Origin: an uncultured Chloroflexia bacterium
Lineage (GTDB): Bacteria > Chloroflexota > Anaerolineae > CG2-30-64-16
Direction: 5' to 3'
Length of the DNA stretch: 64,000 nucleotides
Assembly (NCBI GenBank): GCA_963810095.1
Contig: CAWEMM010000008.1
Location: forward strand, 64,001-128,000
This document shows positions 1 to 9,899 of this stretch, one piece after another. Numbering within the stretch: position 1 is the first letter of the stretch; every line of letters starts with the position of its first letter. The position numbers were made by a program, and so were the translations under genes. The notes under the pieces were generated by a model. It was not told the origin of the DNA, ran no database searches, and was given only the letters and a program-made list of their open reading frames with translations.

Positions 1-160
1 AGAAGAGACGCGTAACGCATATCATGCGAAGGGCCGTATGCTGGCGCGATGCGCGGCGTTTATCCGGTTAAGAACGTGATGCTACCGAGGCAATGCCGAC
101 CGGCCGGAGGCAGCCAAGGGGCAGCGCCGCTCTTACCACCCAGTCTAAGGAGAAACGACC

Positions 161-373
161 ATGAAACGCATTCTCATGCTCGGCCTGGTCCTGGCCCTGC
201 TCGCAACCATGATCATCAGCACGGCAGCCTTGGCCTGTGGCGCCGGCGGTGGCACCCAGGCGCGCAACGGAACGACAGCTCAGTACGGAGCCGGCAACGG
301 CGCGGGCGATGGCACGGGCCCGATCCAGAAGTGCCTCGACCTGAACCAGGACGGTTTGTGCGGGAAGCCCTAA
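161..373 (+). CDS. small secreted Gly-rich protein
   Basis: AAGGAG RBS; signal-peptide-like N-terminus (MKRILMLGLVLALLA...ALA); C-terminal CLDLNQDGLC with an EF-hand-like DxNxDG. Confidence 0.7.
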   Translation: MKRILMLGLVLALLATMIISTAALACGAGGGTQARNGTTAQYGAGNGAGDGTGPIQKCLDLNQDGLCGKP

Positions 374-376
374 GCG

Positions 377-535
377 CTACCATCCTGGCGACAGGATGGC
401 AGGGTCTTCCCGGGTGAGGTTAACCCTGCGAACACGAAGAGACCTTCTGGCGGAGGGTCGCAACAAGCGAACTGCCAGAAGGTCTCTTCGTGTTCATCGA
501 GGGCAGCAGCGGTGATGAGGGCCGCTGCTGCCCTC
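377..535. repeat. tandem inverted repeats (hairpins) between convergent genes; probable bidirectional terminator region
   Basis: Perfect 21-bp IR at 431-451/474-494, perfect 14-bp IR at 499-512/522-535, shorter hairpin at 377-402. Confidence 0.75.
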
Positions 536-543
536 AAGCGTAG

Positions 544-876
544 CTACTGCTGACGAGCCGCCAGCCACGTGCGCAGGTTCGTCACCGAGAACTTCTCGCT
601 CTCCAGGTTCTTGAGCTGAGCCGTCTCGGACGTATCGGCCGGCAGCTCGAATTCCGCGATGATGTCGGTGAGCGACACATTGTAGGCCTTCGTGATGTCC
701 GCCAGGGTCATCCACCCCTTGATCTCGTCGACGCTCGCACCTGTGGGCGCAGCGCGTTCCCCTGTGGACGTCACTTTCGCCGATACCGACCAGACACCCG
801 CAGCTTTCGCCCCGCCGAGCACGCCGAAGAACACCGCCAGAATGATGATGCCGAACACAAATGGGTTGATCTTCAT
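544..876 (-). CDS. membrane-anchored hypothetical protein
   Basis: GGAGG RBS; MKINPFVFGIIILAVFFGVLGG TM segment; IKGWMTL motif; directly downstream of the 4Fe-4S gene. Confidence 0.7.
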   Translation of the reverse strand: MKINPFVFGIIILAVFFGVLGGAKAAGVWSVSAKVTSTGERAAPTGASVDEIKGWMTLADITKAYNVSLTDIIAEFELPADTSETAQLKNLESEKFSVTNLRTWLAARQQ

Positions 877-896
877 AGTAAGCCTCCAACTTCCAG

Positions 897-1808
897 TTAT
901 TTGCCGAAGATCGGCACGCCCAGCTTCAGTTCCAGCGCGCCCTCGCGCGGGCACTCGTCGATGCACTCCAGGCAGCCGATGCAGTCGACGCTCTTGATCG
1001 TCGTCACCTCATGGACCGGCAAGCCCATCGGGCAGGCCTTGGTGCAGATGGCGCAGCTCTTGCAGGCATCGGACTCGCGCTTCAGATAGAACGGGCTGAG
1101 CTTGCTCACCAGCCCGGTTGCCGCGCCCAGCGGGCAGGCGTACCGGCAGAACGGCCGCTCGACAAAGAGCGAGGCGATCAGGACGACGATCAACACGAGC
1201 GTGCCGAGACCGAGGCTCAACTCCAGCAGCCCCCACAGCGCCGCCCATGGGTCGGCGTCACGGAAGACCATGAAGCCGTAGAGGGCGGTGCCAATTAGCG
1301 TCCATGCCAGGACGCCGTACTTCAGGAAGCGCAAGTAGCGATCGAGCACCGCGAGCTTCTTGCCACGGGTTTTCAATGTCTTGACGGCTTTGCGAACCGG
1401 GTAGACCTTCTTCTGGACGAACGCAGAAAAGCTACTGATCATGTCCTGGATGAAGCCGAACGGGCACAACCAGCCGCAGAAGCCATTGCGGGTAACGAGC
1501 GCGACGGCCAGGGTGGCGACCAGCACGACCATATTCGAGAGATGGACGTGGGGGACAGTCTTCCCGCCAGATGCGATGAACGTATACAGGCTTTCCAAGC
1601 CGCCGAACGGGCAGTAGGCCTCCCAAGAGGCGGTCGTGATGGCGCCGTTCTCGCCGACGATGGCATGGCGGATCGCCATGACGAAGATGAACAGGAACAC
1701 GCCCAGCTGGATGAGCCGGCGGAACGTGTGGTGGGTCAGCAGTGCAGCCAGCCCCTTGCGGCGGGGCTTGACTTTACCAAAAGGAGTAGGACGTGCGATG
1801 GTGGTCAT
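897..1808 (-). CDS. 4Fe-4S binding membrane protein (NapH/MauN/YccM-like polyferredoxin)
   Basis: YCPFGG, FCGWLCPFG and FCRYACPLG motifs plus two CxxCxxCxxxCP motifs; several TM helices. Confidence 0.85.
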   Translation of the reverse strand: MTTIARPTPFGKVKPRRKGLAALLTHHTFRRLIQLGVFLFIFVMAIRHAIVGENGAITTASWEAYCPFGGLESLYTFIASGGKTVPHVHLSNMVVLVATLAVALVTRNGFCGWLCPFGFIQDMISSFSAFVQKKVYPVRKAVKTLKTRGKKLAVLDRYLRFLKYGVLAWTLIGTALYGFMVFRDADPWAALWGLLELSLGLGTLVLIVVLIASLFVERPFCRYACPLGAATGLVSKLSPFYLKRESDACKSCAICTKACPMGLPVHEVTTIKSVDCIGCLECIDECPREGALELKLGVPIFGK

Positions 1809-2044
1809 GTTCTCTCCACACTTAACGGGTTGGATCGGCAATTAATGGATTCTTACTGCAAATGCTCGCTTGCAGATTGCGCTAATTGACATCCTAGCGA
1901 AAAGCAGCGAAGAAGCGGTGCGGGAGATATGAAGATGTCATGAAAAGTGCCGGGCGTTACGAGCGCGCACCCGGTCTTGTAACTTCCTGAACGTACCTGC
2001 ATCTCACCGCGTGGAACTTCCATCAATCTATCGAGGAGCTCACC

Positions 2045-2447
2045 ATGAACGAAATGGTCATCGACTTCCCCGGCGGCGCGCGTGTCGACGCTCACTTCAA
2101 CGGCTTCACAGTCATGACCGACCAGCCATCATACGCGCGGCGGCCAGAACTCCGCGCCCGCGCCCTTCTCGCTGTTCCTGGCGTCACTCGGCACGTGCGC
2201 CGGCATTTACGTGCTCGGTTTCTGCCGACAGCGCGGCCTGCCGACGGAGGGCATCCGCTTGGTACAACGCATGGAGAGCGACCCCGCCACGCGGATGATC
2301 TCGAAGATCGAGCTGGAAATCCAGTTGCCGCCGAGTTTCCCGGAGAAGTACAAGGACGCCGTTATCCGCTCCGCCGAGCAGTGCGCCGTGAAGAAGCACA
2401 TCGAAAACCCGCCACAGATGGTCGTGACGACGAAGGTCACAGCGTAA
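2045..2447 (+). CDS. OsmC family protein (frameshifted in assembly)
   Basis: N-terminus FPGGARVDAHFNGFTVMTDQP joins, after a frame change near 2130-2150, LASLGTCAGIYV...AEQCAVKKHI (two conserved Cys). Confidence 0.8.
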
Positions 2448-2587
2448 CTGCTGCGCGGAACTCGACGGATTTAGTCGCTGGGAGTCAGTGTAACGAACCG
2501 CTGCTGCCAGCATCATAGTGAGCAAGGACGGCGCAAGAGTGCGCAGAGCGCAGTGGGTTCGCCGCCCCGTCAGGGAGGTAGTATCAG

Positions 2588-2785
2588 ATGAAGGCAAATG
2601 AGAGTCACCTGGACCGGATCATCCGCGGCATTTTGGGTGTGGCATTGTTGCTCGTGGCGTTCCTCGCCGTACCGGCGGGTGCGCTGCAGATCGTCCTCGC
2701 CATCATCGGCGTCGTTTTGCTCCTCACGGGGATAGTCGGCTTCTGCCCGCTCTACCGCATCCTGGGCCTATCGACGAAGAGCTGA
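2588..2785 (+). CDS. DUF2892/YgaP-like membrane protein
   Basis: MKANE..DRIIR...GFCPLY..LG signature; GGAGG RBS. Confidence 0.85.
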   Translation: MKANESHLDRIIRGILGVALLLVAFLAVPAGALQIVLAIIGVVLLLTGIVGFCPLYRILGLSTKS

Positions 2786-2805
2786 CGGCAGACCAACCAG
2801 AAGAC

Positions 2806-2841
2806 AAAAAACAGCCAGGCGTCTGCCTGGCTGTTGCTTTT
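2806..2841. terminator. bidirectional intrinsic terminator
   Basis: AAAAAACAGCCAGGC-GTCT-GCCTGGCTGTTGCTTTT between convergent genes. Confidence 0.75.
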
Positions 2842-3066
2842 CCTCAGCTTCCCGTACCTGCGCGTGGCCTTGCTAAACCCGAGCGCTGGCGATTCAGCTA
2901 CAGGCCGTGGTGGAACAGGTCGGTCGGCTTGGTCAGGGGCAAACCGTGCAGCTGCTGAGAGAGCTCAGTGTCCCGAGGCCCCGGTCAAGTAATCCCAAGA
3001 TCAATACGACAGCCTTCGTAAACGTGGCTGTCGCTTTGCACGCTTTCTTCCGGCCTCGGCGCGCTC

Positions 3067-4521
3067 CTAGATGAGCACTACCGAGCCGGTCAGGTCTGCT
3101 TCCACGGCAGGGGTGCGGGCGAAGAGGTGTGCCATAGCGTCGGCAGCCCGGACGCCCGTCTCCTCTCGATGGGTGCCGTATCTCGGGCCGACGCCCTGCT
3201 CCGTGACGTAGGCGACGTGGTAGCGCCTGCTGGCTGAAACGGGCTCGTCGCCCACATACAGCTCCTGCACACGCTGGCCCTGCGGATTTTCCGCCTTCGC
3301 ATACAGCTTGACGCCCGCCATGCGCTTCAGGTACCCGCCCATCTGCCCGTACGGGTCCCGCGACAGCGTGCGCTCGAGGTTCTCCTCCAGCATCTCGCGT
3401 ATCTCTTCGCCCGTTAGCTCGACGGTCATGACCGGTGGGTTCATCGGAATGATGTTGTAGAGGTCGTTGACAGTCACCGGGCCGGGTGGGATCGGCGCGC
3501 CATACCGCCAGCCGTTCGAGAAGGCAACCTCAGCGCCGGTCGCCCGGAGCAGGCTCTGCAGGAGCACGTTGTCCATCGTGGACTCCAGCATGGTATTGCG
3601 GTTCAAGGCTGTCGCCGTCCGGCCGACCACACGGTCGAGCTCGCCGCGGAACGAACGCATCAGATCGTCCACCTGGGCTTGCATCTCCGGGTCCGGCGCG
3701 ATCTCCTCGCCCACAGTAATCAGCCGGTGGTCCCAGCCCGTCACTCGGCCGTCCTCCACTCGCAGGTCAAGGCGGCCAAGAAACGAGCCGTGGCTGCCGG
3801 ACTGGATGATCACCGTGCGGCCCACGATGGCCGGGCGATAGAGGCGGTTGTGCGTGTGGCTGCTGAGGACGACGTCCGGCGCCGCACCTTCTGCGCCCAG
3901 TTCCTCCGCCATCTGCATGTCTTGCGGGAAGCCGAGGTGCGAGAGGGCGACGACAAGGTCGACGTGCTCCTCGCGGCGCAATCGCCTGACCCCCTCGGCC
4001 AGCTCGTCCTTGCCGAGTGTGAAGCGCACGCCTTCGCTGAAGTGCGGGGGCATCGTCTTGTCGACGATGTTGGAGGCCAGGCCGACTGCGCCGACGCGGA
4101 GCCCTCCCGCCTCGAACACCCTCCGACCTTCGAACACCGCCGCGCCCGTCTCCTTCTCGTAGACGTTGCTTGCGAGCAAGGGATAGCTGAGCTGACCGGC
4201 GACCTTCTGCAGATGCTGTGGCCCGTACGCGAACTCCCAGTGGGCGGTCATCGCGTCGAACGCGAGTGCGTTGAGCAGCGGCACGAGTCCCTCGCCCTTG
4301 GTTTTCACGGCTGGGTACGTGCCGTGGATCGTATCACCGCCGTCGAAGGCGAGGACCGCGCCGGGCCGCTCGTTACGAATCTGCTTCAAAAGGGCCGCGA
4401 TCCGGGCATAGCCCCCCGCCTTGCGATACACGGCCCCGGACGCGGTCCAGAACAGCTCATTGTGCAGCTCGACGTAGCCGTGGCTGTCGTTGAGCTGCAC
4501 CAATGTCAGGTTGCGCTCCAC
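3067..4521 (-). CDS. SoxB-like metallohydrolase (5'-nucleotidase superfamily), cytoplasmic
   Basis: NDSHG, DGGDT, TAHWEF, SHLG, SHTH, SNGWRYG and DPYGQMGG motifs resemble the SoxB subgroup; no signal peptide. Confidence 0.75.
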   Translation of the reverse strand: MERNLTLVQLNDSHGYVELHNELFWTASGAVYRKAGGYARIAALLKQIRNERPGAVLAFDGGDTIHGTYPAVKTKGEGLVPLLNALAFDAMTAHWEFAYGPQHLQKVAGQLSYPLLASNVYEKETGAAVFEGRRVFEAGGLRVGAVGLASNIVDKTMPPHFSEGVRFTLGKDELAEGVRRLRREEHVDLVVALSHLGFPQDMQMAEELGAEGAAPDVVLSSHTHNRLYRPAIVGRTVIIQSGSHGSFLGRLDLRVEDGRVTGWDHRLITVGEEIAPDPEMQAQVDDLMRSFRGELDRVVGRTATALNRNTMLESTMDNVLLQSLLRATGAEVAFSNGWRYGAPIPPGPVTVNDLYNIIPMNPPVMTVELTGEEIREMLEENLERTLSRDPYGQMGGYLKRMAGVKLYAKAENPQGQRVQELYVGDEPVSASRRYHVAYVTEQGVGPRYGTHREETGVRAADAMAHLFARTPAVEADLTGSVVLI

Positions 4522-5937
4522 TAGCGCACCTTTGCCCGGGCGCCGTGGCCGTTCAAGGATATCTCCAACCCGGCCTGCTGCCAGGCCACCGTGCCGCCAA
4601 GGACGTTGTAGACCTTCTTGAAGCCCTTCTGCCCCAACAACGCGGCGGCCGACTGGCTGCGGTTGCCGTGTGCGCAGATGACCGCGACCGGCTGTGTCTC
4701 GTCGATCTCGGCTACGCGGTGCGGCAGTTGGCCAAGGGGAACGTTCACTGCGCCGGGAACGTGGCCCTGGCTGAACTCCCAGGGTTCCCGGACGTCAAGA
4801 ACGAACGGCGCCCGCTCCTCCTTCAGCATGCCCGCGAGCCGCGCCGGCGTCACGTCCTCGACATCGCCCGAGGCTACCGGCAGGCGGTGGCTGCGCCACG
4901 CCTGCATGCCGCCCTCGAGATACCCCACGACCTTGTCATAGCCGACGCGCGCGAGGGCCATAACCACGTCGCGGTAGACCTTCTCGTCGTCCAGCAGCAG
5001 GATCAACGGCTGGCCGGGCTGCAGGACGAACCCGGCCGCGGTTGCTCACCTGGTTATCGGCCTCGACGTGCACCGAGCCGGGGACGTGCTCCGCGATGTA
5101 AGCGGCCTTCGACCGAATGTCGAGCAGGCCGGCGCCCTGGCGGAAATAGGGCACCGCATCCTCGAGCGACAGGGCCACCGGCCGGACTTCGCCGAGCGGC
5201 GCCGGGCCACGCCGGTTCATGGCCTTAATACGCTGGTGGTTGCCCGGCTGCTCCGGTAGGTTCGTGGTCATGTACTCGACGAACGCTTCCTTGTCAGTGA
5301 CCTGCAATGAAGGGTTGTGCTTGCGTTCGAAGCCGAGCGTCGTGCTCCGCACGCTGCCGATCGCGCGGCCGCACAGCGAGCCCGCTCCATGACCAGGGTA
5401 AATCAGTAGGGCGTCCTCCAGCTTCATGACCTTGTCGAACAGGCTCTCGTGAAGCTGGCCGGCGAGGTCACGCGCTGCGTCGGCGCCGACCAAGTCCGGG
5501 CGGCCCACGTCGCCCACGAAAAGCAGGTCGCCAGTCAGGGCCATCCAGGGCTCAGCCGAGCGGGTACTGTCGGCAATAAGAAGGGTTATGCTCTCGGGCG
5601 TGTGGCCCGGCGTTGCTGCCACCTGTATGCGGACCGCACCCAGCTCCAGCACATCACCGTCGTGCAATGGCTGGTGCGCGAACTTCGCCTCGGCAGCTTC
5701 GTGGATGAAAATCGTCGCGCCCGTCCGGGCTGCCAGGTCCGTGTTGCCCGAAACATGATCGGCATGCAGGTGGGTCTCGATGATGTGCGTTATCTGCATA
5801 CCCCGGCGCTGCGCGGCGTCAATGTAACGCTCGACGTCACGGTCCGGATCGATCACGGCCGCGATGCCCTTGGCTTCGCAACCAACCAGATACGAAGCGC
5901 ACCCCAACCCTTCCACAAAGAACTGTTCTACGTACAT
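4521..5937 (-). CDS. MBL-fold persulfide dioxygenase-rhodanese fusion (CstB-like; frameshift near 5035)
   Basis: THLHADH, PGHT, TGD.LFVGDVGRPDL and PGHGAGSLCG motifs, then pseudo-rhodanese and rhodanese (CAHGNRS) domains. Confidence 0.85.
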
Positions 5938-5946
5938 GTTACTTCC

Positions 5947-6722
5947 TCACACAATCAACTTAGGCAAGTTGTCCTTCAACAGAAAGACGCCCAGCACGAT
6001 GACGAACAATGCGAATGCCTGCTTGAGACGGGCCGCTGGCAGACGGTGCGCCAATCTCGAGCCGACAAAGGTGCCGCCCAACCCGGCGGCGACAAACACC
6101 ATAGTGAGGCCCAGGTCGAAAGGTCCCCGGGGGACACGCCCTGGTCCAAATGGCCCAGCAACCCGGCCGCGCTGTTCGCCGCAATGATGATAAGCGACGT
6201 GCCGACGGCCTGGTACATGGGCAGGCCGACGAGCATCACCAGCGCGGGCACGATCAGGAACCCGCCCCCGACCCCGAGGATCCCCGTAAGCAGTCCAACG
6301 CCGGCGCCGGCCAGCAGCGTCACCCACCACGGCCGCGCCTGGCCCGCTTCGCCTTCGCGCCCCCGGCGCAACAGCATCAGGACGGCGACCACCAGCATCA
6401 GGACGGCGAACGCGACGAGCAGTGCCGCGGACGAGAAATGCTTTGACAGACCCGCCGCCATGTACGCGGTGATCATACCCGCGCCGCCGAAGATCGCTGC
6501 CACCTTCCAGTTCAGCGTCCCTTGCCCGCCGTGGAAGGCCGCACCGATGAGGCTGTTGCCGCCGACAATAGCGAGCGAAGTGGTCACCGCCGCTTGCGGC
6601 GATTGGCCCACGAGGTAGACCAGCGCGGGCACGGTGAGGATGGACCCACCGCCCCCGAGAAGACCGAGCGATAGCCCGATAGCAAAACCCAACACCAGAT
6701 CCAGCGGAACTCCTGTCAACAC
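5947..6722 (-). CDS. tauE: TauE/SafE sulfite exporter family protein (frameshift near 6125)
   Basis: GLLGGGGSILTVP and GILGVGGGFLIVP repeats; multiple TM helices. Confidence 0.85.
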
Positions 6723-6790
6723 GTCACACTTCCTTCAACACTCCATACCCTGTCCGACCGGACTATCTGATGCAAAAGGGGCCGAGAAGG

Positions 6791-6807
6791 ATACACCCGG
6801 GGAGTAT
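6791..6807. promoter_or_regulatory. putative CsoR/CstR-type operator
   Basis: ATAC-ACCCGGGGA-GTAT: TAC...GTA arms around C/G tracts, upstream of the tauE operon. Confidence 0.45.
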
Positions 6808-6831
6808 GCCCACCCAGCAGCGCCTGGGCAA

Positions 6832-6870
6832 ACGAAAAATCGGGGCAGCGCGTACGGCGCGGCCCCGATC
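6832..6870 (-). terminator. intrinsic terminator
   Basis: Minus strand ATCGGGGC-CGCGCCGTACGCGCT-GCCCCGAT followed by TTTTCGTT, after gene 6922..7492. Confidence 0.7.
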
Positions 6871-6921
6871 TCCAATTCGTCCGCCGGCGAGAGCGCTAGT
6901 CCACCCCGCCAGCCCCTTCGA

Positions 6922-7492
6922 TTAGCGGTTCCAGCGCCCCCCGCGGGTCCCGGCCATCGGGCTCTGCCCGGCGAAGGCCGGCCGCCCCACGTTCGTGCGC
7001 TCGGCCTGGAGCTTCACGTGCTCGGCCATGTTGCTCAGCATGTAATCCGCTTGCGCCTGCGTGATCTTACCCGCCGACAGCAGTTCGTTCACGCTCGCTT
7101 TGCGGACCTCGAGCAACTTAGCGATCAGCGTATCCTCATTGATGCCCTTGCTCGCCGCGATCTGGACCAGGGACTTGCCCGCCAGGCGCTCCGCCTGCAG
7201 TTGCTCGACGGTGAGGCCGAGGATGCTGGCAGCATCGTCATTGTCACCGGCCCATTCCGGTGCACCTCGGCGGGCGCCCATGCCCATGCCCTGCGCCTGC
7301 CCGTTCACGAGGCCCGTGCCCGGGGTATGGGCGCCGTTCCCGGGAAGCGTTGCCGGCACCGTAGCCGTAACCGCTACCCGCTTGCGTGCCCGGGACCGGG
7401 GTCGCCGGGGCAACCGGGGCCGCGAAGGCCGAGGTGGCGAAGGCCGCGGTCAGGGCCGCGACCAGGACTGCGATCATCAGGAACTTCTTCAT
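6922..7492 (-). CDS. secreted Gly-rich helical protein (DUF2680-like; frameshift near 7350)
   Basis: Signal peptide MKKFLMIAVLVAALTAAFATSAFA; AASILGLTVEQLQAERLAGKSL and GKITQAQAD motifs in the second frame; GGAGG RBS. Confidence 0.7.
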
Positions 7493-7576
7493 CGTGTAAT
7501 CCCTCCGTTGTGTCTTCTTGTTGAGATGTAGCTCAGCAGTGTTTCCTGCTTGCTGATCATAGGATAGCGGAGGGTT

Positions 7577-7636
7577 GTGAAGGGCCGGTGAACGGCGTGT
7601 GCGCGTGTGGCGAAACGCGCGTGAAGTTGGGGTGAA
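7577..7636. promoter_or_regulatory. six 11-bp-phased GTGAA-type direct repeats upstream of the 7492 gene
   Basis: GTGAA 7577, GTGAA 7588, GTGCG 7599, GCGAA 7610, GTGAA 7621, GTGAA 7632. Confidence 0.65.
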
Positions 7637-7893
7637 TTGTGCGCCAAGTCAAGCGGGCAGCGCCTACGCGCTAGCGTGCAGCCGGGGACCGGCCGACCCC
7701 CTAGCCGGTCCCCGCGACTGCCTGGCGCCTGGCCCTCGGCCGAAGGTCGGCCAGGGTCAGCTCATTCCGAGGAAGTCACACTCGTCCGTACTTCAGATCG
7801 TGCTGCGGGTGCGCCGCCTGGCCTGCCCGGCATCCCGCCTGCCCTGCAGAAACAGCAGGCCGACGATGGCCAGCCAGGTAGCGATGCGTATCG

Positions 7894-8403
7894 TCATTGC
7901 CTGCAGGCTTTGTGCCGCGACGGCATATACTGGGACTCATACAGGTGTGTATGCGAGCACGGATGCATCACACGAGGGTAAGTGTAGCGCCAACGGTGAC
8001 GTGTCACTCGGCGTTCGCCCCAGAGACCGGGCCGCCGGTGACACCCATCCCCGATCACGGCTACACTGCGCAATGCGCAAGTCGTCTCATCTCGGACCCC
8101 TAGTATCGCAGTTGCCGGTCTCCGACCTCCAGCCCGCGCGCCGCCTCCATCCGGCAGGACCAGGATCGTGCCGGGACCTACCGCGTACCGCTCTCCGTCG
8201 ACCGTCATCCACCCCGTTCCGTCAACGAAGTAGTAAACGCTCAACCCCTCGGGGTGCACCGGGATGCGCTGCCCCGGCTCCAGGCCCGCAACCAGCGACT
8301 TCATCTGGTCGGAGTCCAAGAGGACTTGTTGCCAGGGCCGGCGGGTGAAAACGCGGCTCGTTCCCGCACATCCTGTATGTAGATCGTCTCCATCGTGGTT
8401 CAC
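7894..8403 (-). CDS. cupin domain protein (3' end uncertain)
   Basis: LEPGQRIPVHPE...YFVDGTGWMTVDGERYAVGPGTILVLP cupin motifs; the tail is probably out of frame. Confidence 0.7.
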   Translation of the reverse strand: MNHDGDDLHTGCAGTSRVFTRRPWQQVLLDSDQMKSLVAGLEPGQRIPVHPEGLSVYYFVDGTGWMTVDGERYAVGPGTILVLPDGGGARAGGRRPATAILGVRDETTCALRSVAVIGDGCHRRPGLWGERRVTRHRWRYTYPRVMHPCSHTHLYESQYMPSRHKACRQ

Positions 8404-8669
8404 ACTCCTGACTTATCAATGGGCGGGCCGCCGGCGCCGCCGTTCGTTCCGGGCTGCTTCGAGGCAGTTGCCCGTGCTAGAATGTCCAGAAATTCGTCCA
8501 GAGGGACGCGATGGATGCGGGCCGCCCACTCCACGCTGACGGCCTTCGCAGCCAGCGCTCGCACCGAGTAGCGGCCCACCTGCTGCACCCCGAAGACCTC
8601 CATCACCTCGGCGATATCCCCATACTCCCGAAGGATGTCCGCCACGCGCGTATCCTTGTCGATCTTCAT
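8400..8669 (-). CDS. DUF1858-like small protein
   Basis: MKIDKDTRVADILREYGDIAEVMEVFG...AARIHRVPLDEFL pattern. Confidence 0.7.
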   Translation of the reverse strand: MKIDKDTRVADILREYGDIAEVMEVFGVQQVGRYSVRALAAKAVSVEWAARIHRVPLDEFLDILARATASKQPGTNGGAGGPPIDKSGV

Positions 8670-8756
8670 CCCTGACCTCGGTCCTTCGGCAGACGAGCGC
8701 AGTTGGTCGTACAATCCGCTGCGCCCGTCGCTTTCGCCGGCGCCAGCCAACGCCGC

Positions 8757-9047
8757 TCAAGCGCGTGGCTGGGTTCGCTGCGTGACCTTCACAGTGCTCA
8801 ACTGCTTCCGGATCGCGGGCCCGCCGAGCGGGTAGCCCAGCGCCTTCGCGATCAGGCAGAAGTCGAAGAGGCCTCCGCTCATGGGCACGAGGGAAACGAG
8901 GCTCATCACGAAGCCCGGCGTCCCCCGCACTACGAACTGCCCCAGGCCCAGAATCAGCAGGCCAGGCACGATCCGACCGATGCGCCCCGACGGTCCTGTC
9001 ATCAGCTTCACGAACTTCTCCGATCTTTCCGTGTGCATCTCTTTCAT
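8757..9047 (-). CDS. DUF2892-like membrane protein
   Basis: GRIGRIVPGL...GLFDFCLIAKALGYP; two TM helices. Confidence 0.65.
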   Translation of the reverse strand: MKEMHTERSEKFVKLMTGPSGRIGRIVPGLLILGLGQFVVRGTPGFVMSLVSLVPMSGGLFDFCLIAKALGYPLGGPAIRKQLSTVKVTQRTQPRA

Positions 9048-9114
9048 CTCCAATCTCACCTGATACGACCAGCCTACATCGCTCGAGGCTCGAGTGCCTC
9101 GACTTTTGTCGGAA

Positions 9115-9585
9115 TTACGGTTCAACTGCAACATCTGCTCGAACCGGCTCAGCCTCGAGCGCAACCCGTTCCGTGGCCGCCTGCACCGAGCGCCCATGTG
9201 CGGCCCTGTCTCCGCCGGGAGCGCGAAGCCGCACCAGCTGCACGAGCAGCGTTGTGGCCACGATCAGAACCAGCGTGCCGCCCGCGACGAGCATGGCCTG
9301 GTTGACCAGCGGGATGGCGATGAGGAGCGCAATGAGCCCTGCGTTAAGGATCAGCCAGATGCCCCACTGCATGCGGGGTTTCGGCTTGCCGGCGCGCGAC
9401 GCAACCAGCGCGGGCAGCGCGCCGAAGAGCACCTGGGTCAGCACGCCGAGCGTGATGAAGTGGACCTGCAGCCAGCGCAGACCGTTGGCCGCGGGCAACA
9501 CGTCGAACCGGATCAGTGACGACCCGGCCATGGCCACGATTCCCAGCGAGAAGTAGAGCAGGGCCATCAGGTAGTATCCGTACAT
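9115..9585 (-). CDS. membrane protein, probably truncated (NnrS/heme-copper-oxidase-like fragment)
   Basis: WLQVHFITLGVLTQVLFGALP motif; four TM helices followed by a low-complexity tail. Confidence 0.5.
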   Translation of the reverse strand: MYGYYLMALLYFSLGIVAMAGSSLIRFDVLPAANGLRWLQVHFITLGVLTQVLFGALPALVASRAGKPKPRMQWGIWLILNAGLIALLIAIPLVNQAMLVAGGTLVLIVATTLLVQLVRLRAPGGDRAAHGRSVQAATERVALEAEPVRADVAVEP

Positions 9586-9899
9586 CTCATCCTCCTACCA
9601 TCTATTCTGGCGTGCGAGCCTGCGTTGCGGCGGGGCAGGCTGCGAGCTGCCTCCGCCCGTATCCGTAAACGCACCTGCCCATCGTCCACACTGCTGATGA
9701 GGCCCAGCGGCAGGTGGTAGTATTCGAGCGTCGTGTGCGGGCGAGCCATCACGACGCCCGTCGATTTGCCGGCCGTATCCAATTCGATCGCCGCGACCCA
9801 GCCAACCTCGTGGCCGTCGGTGCTGATCGCCGGCATGCCGCGACTGACCCGGCACTCGCCGCAGTCGTCGCCGCCCGGCCAGATGCTCCCGCTTTCCAT
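9567..9899 (-). CDS. PRC-barrel/DUF2171-like protein
   Basis: GMPAISTDGHEVGWV...YHLPLGLISSVDDGQVRL. Confidence 0.55.
   Translation of the reverse strand: MESGSIWPGGDDCGECRVSRGMPAISTDGHEVGWVAAIELDTAGKSTGVVMARPHTTLEYYHLPLGLISSVDDGQVRLRIRAEAARSLPRRNAGSHARIDGRRMRCTDTT

Noticed and set aside
2850-3050. Possible ncRNA in the intergenic gap
   Set aside because: Only a hairpin at about 3007-3034 (likely terminator of the SoxB-like gene); no known RNA motif recognised
5449-6618. Long antisense and alternative-frame ORFs (also 27992..29323, 31967..33229, 34954..36288)
   Set aside because: Shadow ORFs expected at high GC; they overlap well-supported genes and have no recognisable motifs
7577-7636. 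CRISPR or iteron array
   Set aside because: The repeat units are 5 bp with 6-bp spacers, and no cas or rep gene is present
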